From: Chrysomallon squamiferum
Taxonomy: Eukaryota > Animalia > Mollusca
Direction of reading: 5' to 3'
Assembly: GCA_012295275.1 (NCBI GenBank)
Contig: CM022667.1
Location: 19,778,001-19,842,000, forward strand
Length of the DNA stretch: 64,000 nucleotides
Of the stretch, positions 36,666 to 51,383 are shown piece after piece. A program made the translations under genes and the position numbers. Each line of letters opens with the position of its first letter. Position 1 is the first letter of the stretch. The notes beneath the pieces were generated by a model that was given only the letters and a program-made list of their open reading frames with translations, did no database searches and was not told the origin of the DNA.

Positions 36666-37920
36666 GTATATATACATATATGTGAATAATAAATAATTTA
36701 ATAAAATATTTTTAAAAATTCAGCTAAAAATTTGAAATAAATTTAAGAAAAACGCAGCTTATATTATTATTTTTTTTAGAGTTGTTATGATCCCAGAATA
36801 AACAAATAAACGAATGCATACGTAACACTAATGATTATTCAATTACCTTTTCTTGCAGAGAGAAAGGTGTGTCGCTATTTTTCATGGGCTACTTTTTACA
36901 AGGATGTTTTTTGTGTGTACCTTTTCAAAGTCACAAAAACATACAATATTTGACAAGCCTGTGGAGGGCACTGGTCGGAACTGGAAAAAAGCTCAGTAGA
37001 AACTAATGCTAAAACATCTAACACTGTCTGCCTGGGAAACAACTGTAGAGATATTTTTTGTAATTTCCAGAGTTTTTTGTTTGTTTGTTTGATGTTTAAC
37101 TTACGTGTTTTAATATCACTGTTACACCATCTGTTGATTCGCATGTAAATTTGTTGTTTTGATTTTGTTTATGATACAAGCTGAAACAGATTGTGATGAG
37201 CAAAAAACGCTGCTGAACTTGTTGCAGAGATGTTAACTGCGTCTCAGATTTGTCATTTTCAATTTACATAATAATGGAACTGAATAATTTTAAAACATAT
37301 CTCGTAAACAACATCAACATTTAACTTGTCTTTCATTGTGTGAGTCAAATTTTTTTTTTTTTTTTACTAAATTTCTGTACAACAACAATAATATTATTTC
37401 TTCTTTCTTCAAAGACTGAAAAATGTTCAAAGTTCTATTTTCTTTTATATGAAAATAAAATGATTCTAGATAAGAATTATAATGATTCACTGTCATCTAT
37501 TAACAGTCTCTTCAGAAAAGAAAACCCTCTGTTTCCCATAACCACTGAAATGTATTTTATATACACTTTGCCATCCAGTTTGAAAAAACGAGCAGTGGCT
37601 GGAATGGTAAAAACACATGCTTGTCACTTAATAATGACATACAGATATATATCATATGTTCAGATTACTGTTTTATTTCTTCCTTCACAGAACAATCTGA
37701 GATGGAATCCTGTACAGTTAGTTACTACATAGTTTTCCTTGTAACAGAAGTTTATAAAGAAGGTGTCAGGAATAATGAAGACTTAGACTTTATATTATAA
37801 ACCGTATTCATTATTATTTAGTTACTGTTATTTCTTTTTTGTTTGTTTTTGATTATTTTAACTTTAATTTATTATTTTTTTTTTTAAATTAATTTAATTT
37901 AATTTAATTTTGTTTTGTAC

Positions 37921-38230
37921 TTGATTAATTGATTTTTTCATTTTTTCATTTTATTTTAGCAAAAATCTCACATACATCAGAATACTTAAATTAAATTCTT
38001 AAGTCAAAATTGAATCTTGTTTTGAACTGTTTTATTGATTAATTGATTTCTTTCTTTTTATTTATTTTCATTTTAGCAAAAATCTCACATACATCAGCAT
38101 ACTTAAATCAAAAAACTTAGTCAAAATTGAATCTTGTTTTGAACCATTTTATTGATTAATTGATTTCTTTCTCTTTTTTTATTTTCATTTTAGCAGAAAT
38201 CTCACATATCGCAGCATACGTAAATTAAAA
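37921..38230. repeat. ~115-bp tandem repeat (~2.7 copies)
   Basis: ttgattaattgattt...ttttagcaaaaatctcacatacatcag... recurring at 37921, ~38035, ~38153. Confidence 0.85.
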
Positions 38231-38439
38231 ACTGAACACACATGAAGGCCAATCTTTATTTCTGGTTTTTTTATTATTTTTTCCCCTTTGTTTCTCAGAG
38301 AGGGCAGACTGATCAATCAAATTAGATTGTGAAGGATGTGCATTATGACCTGCCTGACACAGAGAACATGTCACAGATCAATAGACTTCGTCTTCCCTCG
38401 AAGTAACCTGCAGATTTATCTGCTTTTACTGGCTTAAAC

Positions 38440-38760
38440 CCAGTCTATTTTCTTAGTGTTTAATATCACCTCATTTTTACTCTATTATCAAACCTAGTCT
38501 TATTTTCTTAGTGTTTAATATCACCTCATTTTTACTCTGTTACCAAAACCAGTCTTATTTTCTTAGTGTTTAATATTACCTCATTTTTACTCTGTTACCA
38601 AACCTAGTCTTATTTTCTTAGTGTTTAATATCACCTCATTTTTACTCTGTTACCAAACCTAGTCTTATTTTCTTAGTGTTTAATATTACCTCATTTTTAC
38701 TCTATTAAAAAAACCAGTCTGTTTTCTTAGTGTTTCAAATCATCTCACTTTTGCCTTATC
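38440..38760. repeat. 55-bp minisatellite (~6 copies)
   Basis: Unit agtcttattttcttagtgtttaatatcacctcatttttactctgttaccaaacct. Confidence 0.92.
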
Positions 38761-39177
38761 ACCAAAGCTACTGTTTCAACTTTTTCTCTCTCTCTATTAC
38801 TAAATTAAGTTTTTCAAATTATCTTACTTTATATTCTATTAGCAAATCTAGTGGTTCAGATTATCCTTCACTTCACACTCATTCCACCAAATCAATACAC
38901 TCGGATGTGTGAACATGCATAAATGGTAACCATGGCAACCAAAGGTAAACAAACGCAACATGCAGTTCCATTAGAGGAAAAGTGAAATAAAAATATTTAA
39001 ATTTGGTCTTGTGACAGAAAACCCCCAAAAAATAAAGTATTTGTTTTAGGACACACTGCATTACTTACTCACTGCTGGTGTACACAGGATCAGTCCTCTG
39101 CAATGGATGGAAAGATTCTTCCGAACACATTTGTTAGGAATTAAGTAGCCACCAAATTAAGCACTCAGTTGAGTCAG

Positions 39178-39695
39178 TGTGTGTTTGAGTATGTCTGTGT
39201 ATGTATATATGTTTGTGTATGTGTGTGTATGTATATATGTTTGTGTACGTCTGTGTATGTATATATGTTTGTGTACGTCTGTGTATGTATATGTTTTTGT
39301 GCACGTCTGTGTATGTATATATGTTTGTGTACATCAGTATGTCTGTGTGTATGTTTGTATGTCTGTGTATGTATATATGTTTGTGTGTATGTATATATAT
39401 ATGTTTGTGTATGTCTGTATGTATATATGTTTGTGTATGTTTGTGTATGTATATATGTTTGTGTATGTCTGTGTATGTATATATGTTTGTGTATGTCTGT
39501 GTATGTATATATGTTTGTGTATGTCTGTGTATGTATCAATATTTAATTGTAATGTTAATAAAAAAAAATTATTTAAAAAAAAATAAAACCCCAAATATCA
39601 CATTATAATAATAATGAGATACTATTATAATAATAATGAGATACTATTATAATAATAATGAGATACTATTATAATAATAATGAGATACTATTATT
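39178..39695. repeat. TG/TA-rich higher-order microsatellite, then a 22-bp repeat x4
   Basis: gtctgtgtatgtatatatgtttgtgtat units to ~39536; tattataataataatgagatac x4 at ~39603-39695. Confidence 0.9.
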
Positions 39696-41111
39696 ATTTG
39701 TAATCAGTATTTATCTAACCTGTCTGTTAACACTGGATATGTGCACAGCTGTATTTTAATTGTCTGTAAATAAACACACAGGTATGTCAGAACACACAGG
39801 TATGTCAGAACCCACAGGTGCTATAATCATCACTGGCATGTGTGTGCACCTGTTTGCATGCAAGTACTCAAGATACTGGAAAGGAAAAACACACACACAC
39901 ATACACACAGACAGACAGACACACACACACTGTGTTCATTCTCACAGCACAAAGGGACCAAGTCACTCTTTAATATGTTAAAAATGTCATGAAAGTCAGC
40001 TTTCACCAATGGTTAATTTTTGACCGAAATAATCTACCTAAATACCTCTCTTGTGAACCCAGCTTAAATAAAAAAAACTACTGAACTGAAAGCCAAATAC
40101 AATTCTGAAGGTTTTTTCTCAGGACTGGACAATGAAGAAGTCAAGTCAAGTCTCAACAGAACTTTCTGTGATCACCTGTATTCAGGTAATCACATTTTTA
40201 ACACTCAGAAAGTAATGCTGCCTTCTAAAATGAAACTAATGAAAAAGGAATGTTAATATCTTCATGTCCCTAAATAATAATTGATCTCTGAATCAATGTG
40301 CACACACATTAACGCATGCATAAAACAAACACACACACATGCACACAGAGAGCAATTTGTGTAAACTAAAATCAGAATATTTTAAACCTGGTCACATACA
40401 CACGTAATATAATTTAATGCAGTATTAAACACGTGTTAACATACATGCAGAATGTAAATATACACTCACATTATGCAATACATCGCAATGTAATGAAACT
40501 TTACATAATGAACAACACATATGTAAATAATCATACACGCCCATTAAAATACCATGTCTAGATTTCGACTCACAAAACAAATTATTAAAAAAAAAACTGA
40601 TAAATATATGGAAATAATTAAACAATAATTTTACAGTTTTGAAATATTTAATTCATAATGACAGGCGTAACATAAATTATGCACAGAACAGATAAACCTG
40701 AGATTGAGTTACCCCAGTAAGGATTGTCAGTATTGTTAAATGGAGATGAAAGATAATTATGTATGAAGCTTACGAGAAGAGAAGAAAAACATAATGTAAT
40801 TTAAACTGTTTTATCACTTCAATCATTTATCACATACTTTGTCATTCTGGTTGAGTGTGGACAGTAACATTAGAACAGTAGCTAACTTTGTTTTCAGTGT
40901 CTGAAATAAACTGCCAATCCATGAGATATATATATATATATATAACTATTAAATTCATGTAGCTAATGATATTAATAAGGAATAAAAACAATTGAGGGGG
41001 ACAGAAGTAACAACAATGATGAGTATGATAATAATAACAGTAATAGTAGTGGTATTAGTAGGAGTAGTAGTGACGGTAATGATGATGTTGATGTTGATAA
41101 TAATAATAATG

Positions 41112-41186
<75 letters not shown>

Positions 41187-41359
41187 TAACAATACAAATA
41201 ATGACAATAATAATAACAATAATATAATAATACATATAACAGTAATATTAATAACAATAACAATAATACAATAATAATAATATTAATAACAATAACAATA
41301 ATATAATAATAAATACAATAATAATAAAAGTAACAACCCCACACATGCTGCTGTCACAG

Positions 41360-41520
41360 AGATGATAAAGTAGGTGTATATCAGTAAGCAGGTTATGTGA
41401 GTCGCTGCGTTGCTAGTCAGCAGTGCGATGTGGTAGGAAGTCAGGTTTGACTGACGTGTTGTACCAGTTAAACGAGATCTGTCTTAGTCACACACACAGG
41501 TAAACACAGGTAAACAGCAC
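41360..41520. promoter_or_regulatory. Intronic motif cluster: GATA, RUNX-ETS, CRE half-site, 2x forkhead
   Basis: TGATAA 41363, TGTGGTAGGAAGT 41429-41441, TGACGT 41452, GTAAACA twice at ~41500-41516; local CpG retention. Confidence 0.35.
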
Positions 41521-41579
41521 AGAATGAGTGCGTGTCCAGTGACCTCACAAGTTGAATTAACTTCCCCTTCAACTCACTC

Positions 41580-42947
41580 AGACAGCAGATGATTAATATT
41601 CCTTTCATTTCACTTGTACATTACATTTACACATCAGAACATTTAATATTCCTTTCATGTCACTTGTACATTACATTTACACATCAGAACATTTAATATT
41701 CCTGTCATGTCAGTTGTACATTACATTTAGACATCAGAACGTTTAATATTCCTTTCATTTCACTTGTACATTACATTTAGACATCAGAACGTTTAATATT
41801 CCTTTCATTTCACTTGTACATTACATTTACACATCAGAACATTTAATATTCCTTTCATTTCACTTGTACATTACATTTAGACAGCAGATGATTAATATTC
41901 CTTTCATTTCACTTGTACATTACATTTACACATCAGAACATTTAATATTCCTTTCATTTCACTTGTACATTACATTTAGACAGCAGATGATTAATATTCC
42001 TTTCATTTCACTTGTACATTACATTTACACATCAGAACATTTAATATTCCTTTCATTTCACCTGTACATTACATTTACACATCAGAACATTTAATATTCC
42101 TTTCATTTCACCTGTACATTACATTTACACATCAGAACATTTAATATTCCTTTCATTTCACTTGTACATTACATTTAGACATCAGAACGTTTAATATTCC
42201 TTTCATTTCACCTGTACATTACATTTAGACATCAGAACGTTTAATATTCCTTTCATTTCACCTGTACATTACATTTAGACATCAGAACATTTAATATTCC
42301 TTTCATTTCACTTGTACATTACATTTAGACATCAGAACATTTAATATTCCTTTCATTTCACTTGTACATTACATTTAGACATCAGAACATTTAATATTCC
42401 TTTCATTTCACTTGTACATTACATTTAGACATCAGAACATTTAATATTCCTTTCATTTCACTTGTACATTACATTTAGACATCAGAACATTTAATATTCC
42501 TTTCATTTCACTTGTACATTACATTTAGACATCAGAACGTTTAATATTCCTTTCATTTCACCTGTACATTACATTTAGACATCAGAACATTTAATATTCC
42601 TTTCATTTCACTTGTACATTACATTTAGACATCAGAACATTTAATATTCCTTTCATTTCACTTGTACATTACATTTAGACATCAGAACGTTTAATATTCC
42701 TTTCATTTCACTTGTACATTACATTTAGACATCAGAACGTTTAATATTCCTTTCATTTCACTTGTACATTATATTTACACATCAGAACGTTTAATATTCC
42801 TTTCATTTCACTTGTACATTACATTTAGACATCAGAACATTTAATATTCCTTTCATTTCACCTGTACATTACATTTAGACATCAGAACGTTTAATATTCC
42901 TTTCATTTCACTTGTACATTACATTTAGACATCAGAACATTTAATAT
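41580..42947. repeat. 50-bp minisatellite (~27 copies), highly homogeneous
   Basis: Unit ttaatattcctttcatttcacttgtacattacatttagacatcagaacat. Confidence 0.97.
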
Positions 42948-43280
42948 CTCGTTTAGATATAAGAATTTTCTTTTAATCCATATTAGTTATTTTAATTTTA
43001 ACAACCTATCAGTTTATATTAATATTTATATGTTTATGTACCTTCAACTCATTTAGATATTAGAATGTTTAATACTTCCTGAATCATTCAAATATTAGAA
43101 TATTTAACATTCCTACAACTCATAGTAAAGAAAATGAAGAATAAATAAATATAAATCTCAAAATAATTATTTTTTTTATTTTTATAAATTCAATCTTTTT
43201 AGAAACAAAAAAGTATACAGCAGTTTTGCATAATTAATTCAACCATTTCAGGTTCTTTTTCCTTCTTTTTTTTCATGATC

Positions 43281-43311
<31 letters not shown>

Positions 43312-43599
43312 CTCAGATTAAAATAACACAATAAATAATATTAGTATAACTGCATGCACTGTTCCAGTCTTGTTACATCACCATCTTACTTTATTTTTAA
43401 CAAAGATTGGTCTCAAGAAACAAACAAAACAAGATAACAACAAGCATATCTGTCTATAACATACACTTTCACAAGAACACATTTGTATTTAATGAAATCG
43501 GAAGGAAACAGTAAAACCTTTGACATATTTTTATCAGAAGATACGTTTTATACACAGACAAGGAATGTATGCCAAGGACTTGCAAACAAACTGAACAGA

Positions 43600-43812
43600 T
43601 AAGTCTAGACCTTCATCAGTGACTGATCCAGTGACCCACAGCAGGTCAGGAGTCTTGTCTACCTCTAATCTGCAGCCTGGGTATACACAGGCTGGATGAC
43701 AGTGTTCATTGTAGTTAGATCATTTCTGTTAGTTATCTCGCGACCAACGAGTTTGATCTGGGATTTGAACCTTTAATCCAGGGCGCCCTGCAGACTCTGT
43801 TCACAGCCAAGT
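43600..43812 (-). mobile_element. Possible tRNA-derived SINE relic
   Basis: Minus strand reads TGGCTGTGAACAG (A-box-like) ... GGTTCAAATCCC (B box, ~43761-43772), followed by a GC-balanced body; no cloverleaf. Confidence 0.35.
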
Positions 43813-44129
43813 GTACACAGAGCAGAAGAAACCAACAAACAAACATTTCTTTAACAAAACCCAGGCCAGTGTTAATTTAACAGCCCTTGGTTTAAAATGC
43901 ACTGTTTCTTTCTTTCTTCTTCTTTTTTTATTTTTTTTTTTTATTTTATTGTTGTTTTACGTATTTATTTATTTTGTTTTGTTTCGTTTTGTTTTATAAG
44001 AATTGTTATTTGTATTTTTAATAGTTAAAAATATATATATATATTTGTATGTATATAAATAAATAAATAAAAGTTTAAAAAATAAAATAAAATTAATAAT
44101 TTGAAAAAACTTGAAAAAAACAAAACAAA

Positions 44130-44198
44130 AAACAACATCATTTTCGACTACATAAGATCAAAAAAAAAAAAAAAAAAAAAAAAATAAAATAAAATAAA

Positions 44199-44268
<70 letters not shown>

Positions 44269-44412
44269 TTTAAAAAACCTAAAAAAACAACATCATTTTC
44301 AATTCTACATAAGATCAAATAAATAAATAAGTAAATAAAATAAAATAAAATCAATACTTTAAAAAAAAAAAAAAAAAAACACATCATTTTCAACTCTACA
44401 CAAGATCAAATA
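44130..44412. repeat. Three copies of a ~30-bp unit separated by A-rich/poly(A) tracts
   Basis: acatcattttc..ctacataagatcaaa at ~44135, ~44290, ~44381. Confidence 0.8.
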
Positions 44413-45629
44413 ACCTTATTTAGTATACTCACTATTAAAACTGTCGCAAACACCTGTTCACTGCAAGAAATATTCTCCAGCATAAATCATGCATGCTCAA
44501 CTAACTGATATATTGTCACCAAAGATTAAATTTGCATGTCACAATGAAAACAGAGGTATGACCAGAATATATTAAAACTGCAAATCCAAATATTCAATAA
44601 TATGCGCATGTATGTGCGTGTATGCGTGTGTATGCATGTTTGTGTGTGTGTGTATACAAATATCTTATAATCTGCAAGTTATATTGATATATAAATTTGA
44701 ATTGTAAAATATTTTTTAATTTTAAATAAAACTAAATACAATTAACTGTGCTGCTATTTGTTTTGTTATTAAAATACACTGCAGACTATGTAATACAAAT
44801 TTCATGAATATCACAAAAATCGTAAAAAAATAAAAAAAATAAAATAATAATGATAGAAATAATAATAATAATAAAAACAATAATAATAATAAAAACAAAA
44901 AATAAAACATTAAAACTCAAATATGAATATTCAGTAATAAAATAGACTAGACTAGACTAGACTAGAATAGCCTAGAACAAAATAGAATAGAATAGAATAG
45001 AATAACACCATAAAATACAATTTAAATCAAACTCTTGATCAATGTAATTGTTATTCAAACAGTGTAACAATTTGATACAACACCAGTGGGTAAAAATTTA
45101 CTGATGATGCACTTTAAATTAACTTTCTTAGCTAGTCAGTGATACCACACTGACACTCTGAAACACCTAATCTCTTTCCTTGTTCAACTATTCACATCCA
45201 GAGAAAACAAACTTCAGTTTGAAAAACCACGGTTACAGAAAATACCTACATTTATATCTAACTGTCTATGCATCTCTATCTATCTATCTTTCTTATCTAT
45301 CCATCTAGTCTGTCTATCTAATCTGTCTCTAATTATTTATCCATCCATCCAGTTTATCTGGCTACATATGTACATACCTAGATATCTGTTTATCCGTTCA
45401 TCATATATACACATATATATACATCATACACACACACACACGCACAACTTCTACAAAGAGAAACTTTCAAACACATGAATATATGTGTGTCTCTGTGTGT
45501 GTATACATATAATAAATAAATATATAAAAATACTGAAACACACTGGTGACATTTCCTAGCCTTCATGTGTAAACGCACATGTGTGAAAATTATGTAATTC
45601 AATAAAAGAGGGAAAAAAAGGCCAGAAGA

Positions 45630-45845
45630 GCTGAGATAACGCAACAACATTATCTGCTTCACTTCCTGTTAAAACTCAATTACGGAATGAATGACCAGCC
45701 CAGTGATATCAGCGAATGTGTTTGATGGTGAGGCAGAACACAGAACTGCTGTGTGAGTGTCTGTCTGTCTGGTGTGTGGGTATCCGTAGTAACAGTGCAT
45801 TGCAGGAATGACGTGTGGTAGGAGACAGGATCAACTGACGTCAGT
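45630..45845. promoter_or_regulatory. Intronic motif cluster: 2x GATA, ETS, CRE half-site/RUNX, full CRE
   Basis: AGATAA 45634, TTATCT 45650, ACTTCCTGT 45661, TGACGTGTGGT 45809-45819, TGACGTCA 45836; local CpG retention. Confidence 0.35.
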
Positions 45846-46187
45846 AGATTTTTAAGTATACAGTCAGAAAAACAATATAAACATTCTTAAATAAAACGAA
45901 ATGAAATTAAATGAAATTAAAATATAATAATGTAAATAATAATAACAGTAAAATAAAATATAAAAATTAAGAAAAACTACTACTACTAATAATAAAATTA
46001 TAAACATAATACAAATTAATAAAGAAAGAAATAAAAGCTAAAGGAAAAAATACAAAGATCAATAGCCTGATATATTAAGAAGCACCCTCCTCCTCAAGAA
46101 AAACACCTTACAAATTCAAAAACTTGATAAAATTGTTTTTAAATAAAGAAAAAGAAAATAATAATAACAATGATAATAATAATGATA

Positions 46188-46254
<67 letters not shown>

Positions 46255-46337
46255 CAATGATAATATTAATAATAATAATAGTAATAATAACAAGAGTAAT
46301 AACAGTAATAATTCTGACAAAGACTAATGCCTCTCTT

Positions 46338-46596
46338 GAGACAAACGTACTATGAGACAAACGTACTGTGAGACAAACGTACTATGAGACAGACGTACTA
46401 TGAGACAGACGTACTGTGAGACAGACGTACTGTGAGACAGACGTACTGTGAGACAGACGTACTGTGAGACAGACGTACTGTGAGACAGACGTACTGTGAG
46501 ACAGACGTACTGTGAGACAGACGTACTATGAGACAGACGTACTATGAGACAGACGTACTATGAGACAGACGTACTATGAGACAAGCGTACTATGAG
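46338..46596. repeat. 16-bp minisatellite (~16 copies)
   Basis: Unit gagacagacgtactgt. Confidence 0.95.
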
Positions 46597-47359
46597 CCAA
46601 TCAATCCTGCCAGTGATTTCAGTTTGAACTGCAAGGAGATTACTGCTGCTTCTGTTAACAAACTGAACAATACAGCTCTGTGCATTGTTCTGTTTTCTAG
46701 TTTGTTTGTCTCATTCACTCCACAACTCATTATGTATTTCATATTTTAATTCATACCTGAGACTAAATCTGTCACCAGCAACTTAATTACTCATTCCATA
46801 TTTAATTTTTACACTGTATCCAGAAACATCGACAGTCAGATGGATTGAAAAATATGGTGACACAATGACAGACAAATAAATGCTTATTAATATCAGAATT
46901 CAATAATTTAATCTGTTATTTGTCAGCAGTTTCAATATTTCTTATTCAATGAAAGAACTAGAAATGCAACTTGCTGTAACAAGGTTTACTACCATACACT
47001 AGTAATTAAGCATCTGATACATGGATTTTGCCAGAGACAGAACAGCACATACCATTTATTTATTTCATAAAAGTGGGCTCAGTTGCTAGAACTTTATCCC
47101 AACTCATGAATCATTTTTTTGTGTGGCTATTTCTCTTACCTGTCACATTACTGCTTTATCAAATTCTCAGGTGTGTGGTGTCCTGAATAAAGTATGTATA
47201 AAAATACATTCCTACTAATTACTGAAAGAAGTAACAGGTTTGTTCTGTAATTTATCTGTATGCAACCCTGTATCTCAGTTATCATCATAATTGTTTTACT
47301 GCTAATGTGTCTTGTTACACCTTCTACAGGGACAAAACAAAACAGTTTGAAACAGTATT

Positions 47360-47398
<39 letters not shown>

Positions 47399-48869
47399 TG
47401 GCTCCATTTATTTGACTTTGTATTTATGGCTTTATTTATTTATTTATTTGCATGTTCATGTGTTAATTTAATCCTTTATTTATTTACTTATTTATTTATT
47501 TATTGTCTGATTTATTTATTGATTATTTATTTATGGCTTTGTTTACGTGTTTATATATTGCTTTATTTACACTAACACAAATTCTGAAAGAGTCCAGTAT
47601 ACTTTCAGAGCTTACATTGTGTGTTGTCTAATGTATTATGTAATTACAATATTTCAAAAATCAAACTATCTGTTTTGTTATAGCCAACAGCTGACGTTAG
47701 TATTTAGTTTCATGTGATGAGCTTGAAAGAGAAAACATGTGGTTTTGACAATCAGTAAAACCCAGATTATCAATATATTAATTACAATGCAACATTTTTG
47801 ATTAATTCATAGAAACCTGCATTTTATATGTGTGTATGTACGTATGTATGAATTTGCGTGCATAGTACAGGTTTGATGATATAAAAAAATAATCCCAATG
47901 TAATAACAACTGTGCTATTACTACTATTACTACTACTACTGCTATTATTATTATTGCTGTTGTATACCTACCAATGACAAATCCTCACAAAATATAACAA
48001 CAACAAAAAGCAGAGTCAAGAAAATATCCAGGCACACAATTTTCTGTGGTTGTGGTGTCATGGTGTATAGGATTTGCTTTAAAATTTCTTCAAGAACTGT
48101 CAATAAAAGAGAGCTATGACCTCATTATTCCAGCTGTGAGGAATAAAATGGCAGTGTTAACCTCAACTGCAACAGCTCTGTTAAACTTTGAGTGAAAAAA
48201 AAAAAGCAGCAAACAACAAAACAAGAAAAATGACTTGGAAGAAAACTACTACTATGTAGCACAAGGTTATTACGTAACCGAACAGAAATGTCATTGAAAA
48301 TTAGCGTAAATGTCAAATAAGAGCCACATCTGATCAAAATATGTTGACATCGAATACGTTCATGAATTATCATATTGAGTAAGCCATTATTCTGCACAAG
48401 TTAATGTATAAAATGGCTATTTTAAAAATCTGTTTTACTCACGATTTTTAAATACTTCAGAATATTTGTTTTTTTCCTTTTTATCTTTTCCTTTTTTCAG
48501 TTTGTTTATTTTTGTTTATGTTATGTGTTTTTAGATAAAATTTAAAAATAAAATTTCTACTGTATGTGTATGTGTGTGTGTGTGTGTGTGTTTGTGTGAA
48601 ATTATATATCACTAAGTTGTACATTCTAGTTTGTATTAAACCAATGTTATACAGTTTTTATCTTTGTTTTATATGGGAGAAACAAGTCTAAAAAAAATTT
48701 AATGCATTTATTGTGTTTAACATATTTTTAAAATAAAATCTAATTTTTAAATGGAAACAAACTTAATGAATATTTTTAATTACAACTGCAAAATACTCTT
48801 ATTTAAAATTCTAAAAAACAGATAATATGTTACAGAAATGCATAATGTTTTGTAACAGCAGAAAGAGGT

Positions 48870-48930
48870 TGGGTGTGGTTATCATTGTTGGGTTATCGTT
48901 AGCCTAGGGGCACGTCAAACCTGAGTCACA
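48870..48930. promoter_or_regulatory. Intronic motif cluster: RUNX, 2x GATA, CRE half-site, AP-1
   Basis: TGTGGTT 48874, TTATCA 48879, TTATCG 48893, ACGTCA 48912, TGAGTCA 48922. Confidence 0.35.
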
Positions 48931-50369
48931 GAAAAAAATCATCATGATTTAAGTGATTGTAAACTTCAATTATCGAATTACTAGTAATGCATATTCCTAC
49001 AGGCAATTTCAAAATACAAACAAGATTTCCAAAGATAACCTCTGAAAAGAATTTCGAATACGGCTGTTTCAAACATTCTTAATGTTGTTATTTTATTTTA
49101 ACATTTATTTTTACAAGACAATATTAATGGCTGCTATGCATATTCATTTAAATTACATTATTATTTAATATGTGTATTAGTACACATACATTTAATTAAC
49201 AAATAAATAAACATTTTTAACTGAATCATCATCAGACTATCTTTATACAGAAACCTTTCTTGTAATTATTTACAGGCCTAAATGTTTGTACTGACTTTGG
49301 ATCTGACTGCTTGGCTTAAACCTTCTCTCTCCTCAAAATGTGATCACAATAAAACATCACTTAATAGTAACAACAGAGTCAGTACACATCACTGTTTTAA
49401 CCTCATTTTTAATACTATTACTACCACTACTACCACTACAATTACTCCTATTTCTACTTTGACTATAATTGCTACTGGTATTGTTATTAATCTACAAAAT
49501 GTAACGTCCTCAACAATAGTTTTATTTCCAATAAAACAACTTGTTTTTATAATGAAACTTTAGCACGAAATATTATTTTTCTTTTTACCCCCCCATTCTT
49601 TTTTTCTCTCTTTTTTTTCATATACAATAATATTAGAGCTAAGTTAGTACAGCAGTAATTTTGTTCAGTTTTTCTCCCTGTGGTATCTGTTGCCTATGAA
49701 ATATTACTAGTATTGGCCAGTTGCTGGTTCCATACAATTCCCCAGGAGAGCAGGACAACCCATTAACAAATTATTTCCATTCAGGCTTGGGCCTGCTCTG
49801 GAAGCCTTCATACAGCTGTGACATAACAGCGTTATTCTCCATCCCCAGATGTTTGTTAACTAGCTGCAATCAAATCTGACATTCAGTGCAAGTGGTTAAT
49901 TGAAGAGATCATTTTATAAGAGAAACACTTACCATGTAATTACAATGGGCAGTGCAAATAGCATGATGAATTCTGACATTTACACACTTTTCCACAAAGT
50001 AAACTAAATTCCGCACATCAAAAGCTGCGTTTATGTCAGTGAATATGGAAACGAAAATAAAAATGTAAATTATGTCATTTTTATTTTTTGAGTAGGTATG
50101 TACTGGGTAAAGATGTCAACAAAAAAAAAAAAAAAATTAAAAAAATATATAATAACCTCATTAAAAACAAAAGTTACAGAACAAAAATAAAACCCACATC
50201 AAATGTAACAGTAAATATTATCATTCGTGCAGTGAATTATAAATAAGCTATAAAATTTATTTTGCTAATAAATGCTTTCCTGTGTCATATTAAGTGTTGT
50301 ATCAAAGGATGTGTAGAGGTTGAAAAAACAAAAATAAAATAAAATAAAATAAAATAAAATAAAATAAAA

Positions 50370-50400
<31 letters not shown>

Positions 50401-51383
50401 GCAAATAAGTAAATAAATAATCACCTAAACAAAAATGTTAAAATATATTTACAAACCCAATATGTTTTTCTTTTTGTATTTAGCATTTAAAATGATTTAT
50501 GCACTGACAAAAGAAGGACGGACCCTAAGGGAAAAATGCTTAAGGTCAGGCTGGCATTTGACACGGTTCTTAATGTGACTGTTGTTACAGTGGGGTTTTT
50601 TATTTATCATATCAGTTTGTATACATTTTAAATACGTTATCTTATTTCTTAACTGCAAAACCAGATTTATATATATATACAAAGCAATTTATAACATAAG
50701 AACTTTAAAAACTAATTATTATTATTATTATCAAAATGATTTTTTTTTTTCTTTTATGTATAGTATTAATATTAAAAATTATGGGTATTATTATTACTAT
50801 TTTAGTTTTCTGCTGTTAAAGTATAAATGTATTTGTTCTTCTGTTCACACATTGTGGTGCTGTTTTGTTTTTAAACTATTCGAGAAACTCATAACAATAT
50901 TTTAAAACATGTACCCGTACACACACACGGAAACGTATTCGTTTCACGTGTCTTTATGTTTGTTTCAAAGGTTTCCAGACACAAAAAGAGATAATTTTAC
51001 AGTTGTCAACATGTTTTGCTTTAGGCAGAAAAAAAAAAAAAAAAAAAAAAGTGTTACCGTACAGGCCTGATTATTATTACGAGCACGGTTATGACCCTGA
51101 TGAAAAACAAGTTTCTGCTAACGATTTCGCTGACCCGCGAATACACACAACTTTAAAACGCGAACAGCTCATGAGTGAAAGCTGACAATACACTGACACC
51201 AGTCCAAAAATACTGAACGTAACAGCTTCCTGTGCTTCGAATAACGTAGTGAATAAATAAACAAATCTTTAACATTTCGGCTAGCAAACACACACATACA
51301 TACACACACACATACATACGTACACACACACGTACGTACGTACGTACGTACATGCACACAAAGACTGACAGACTGCAACTCAC

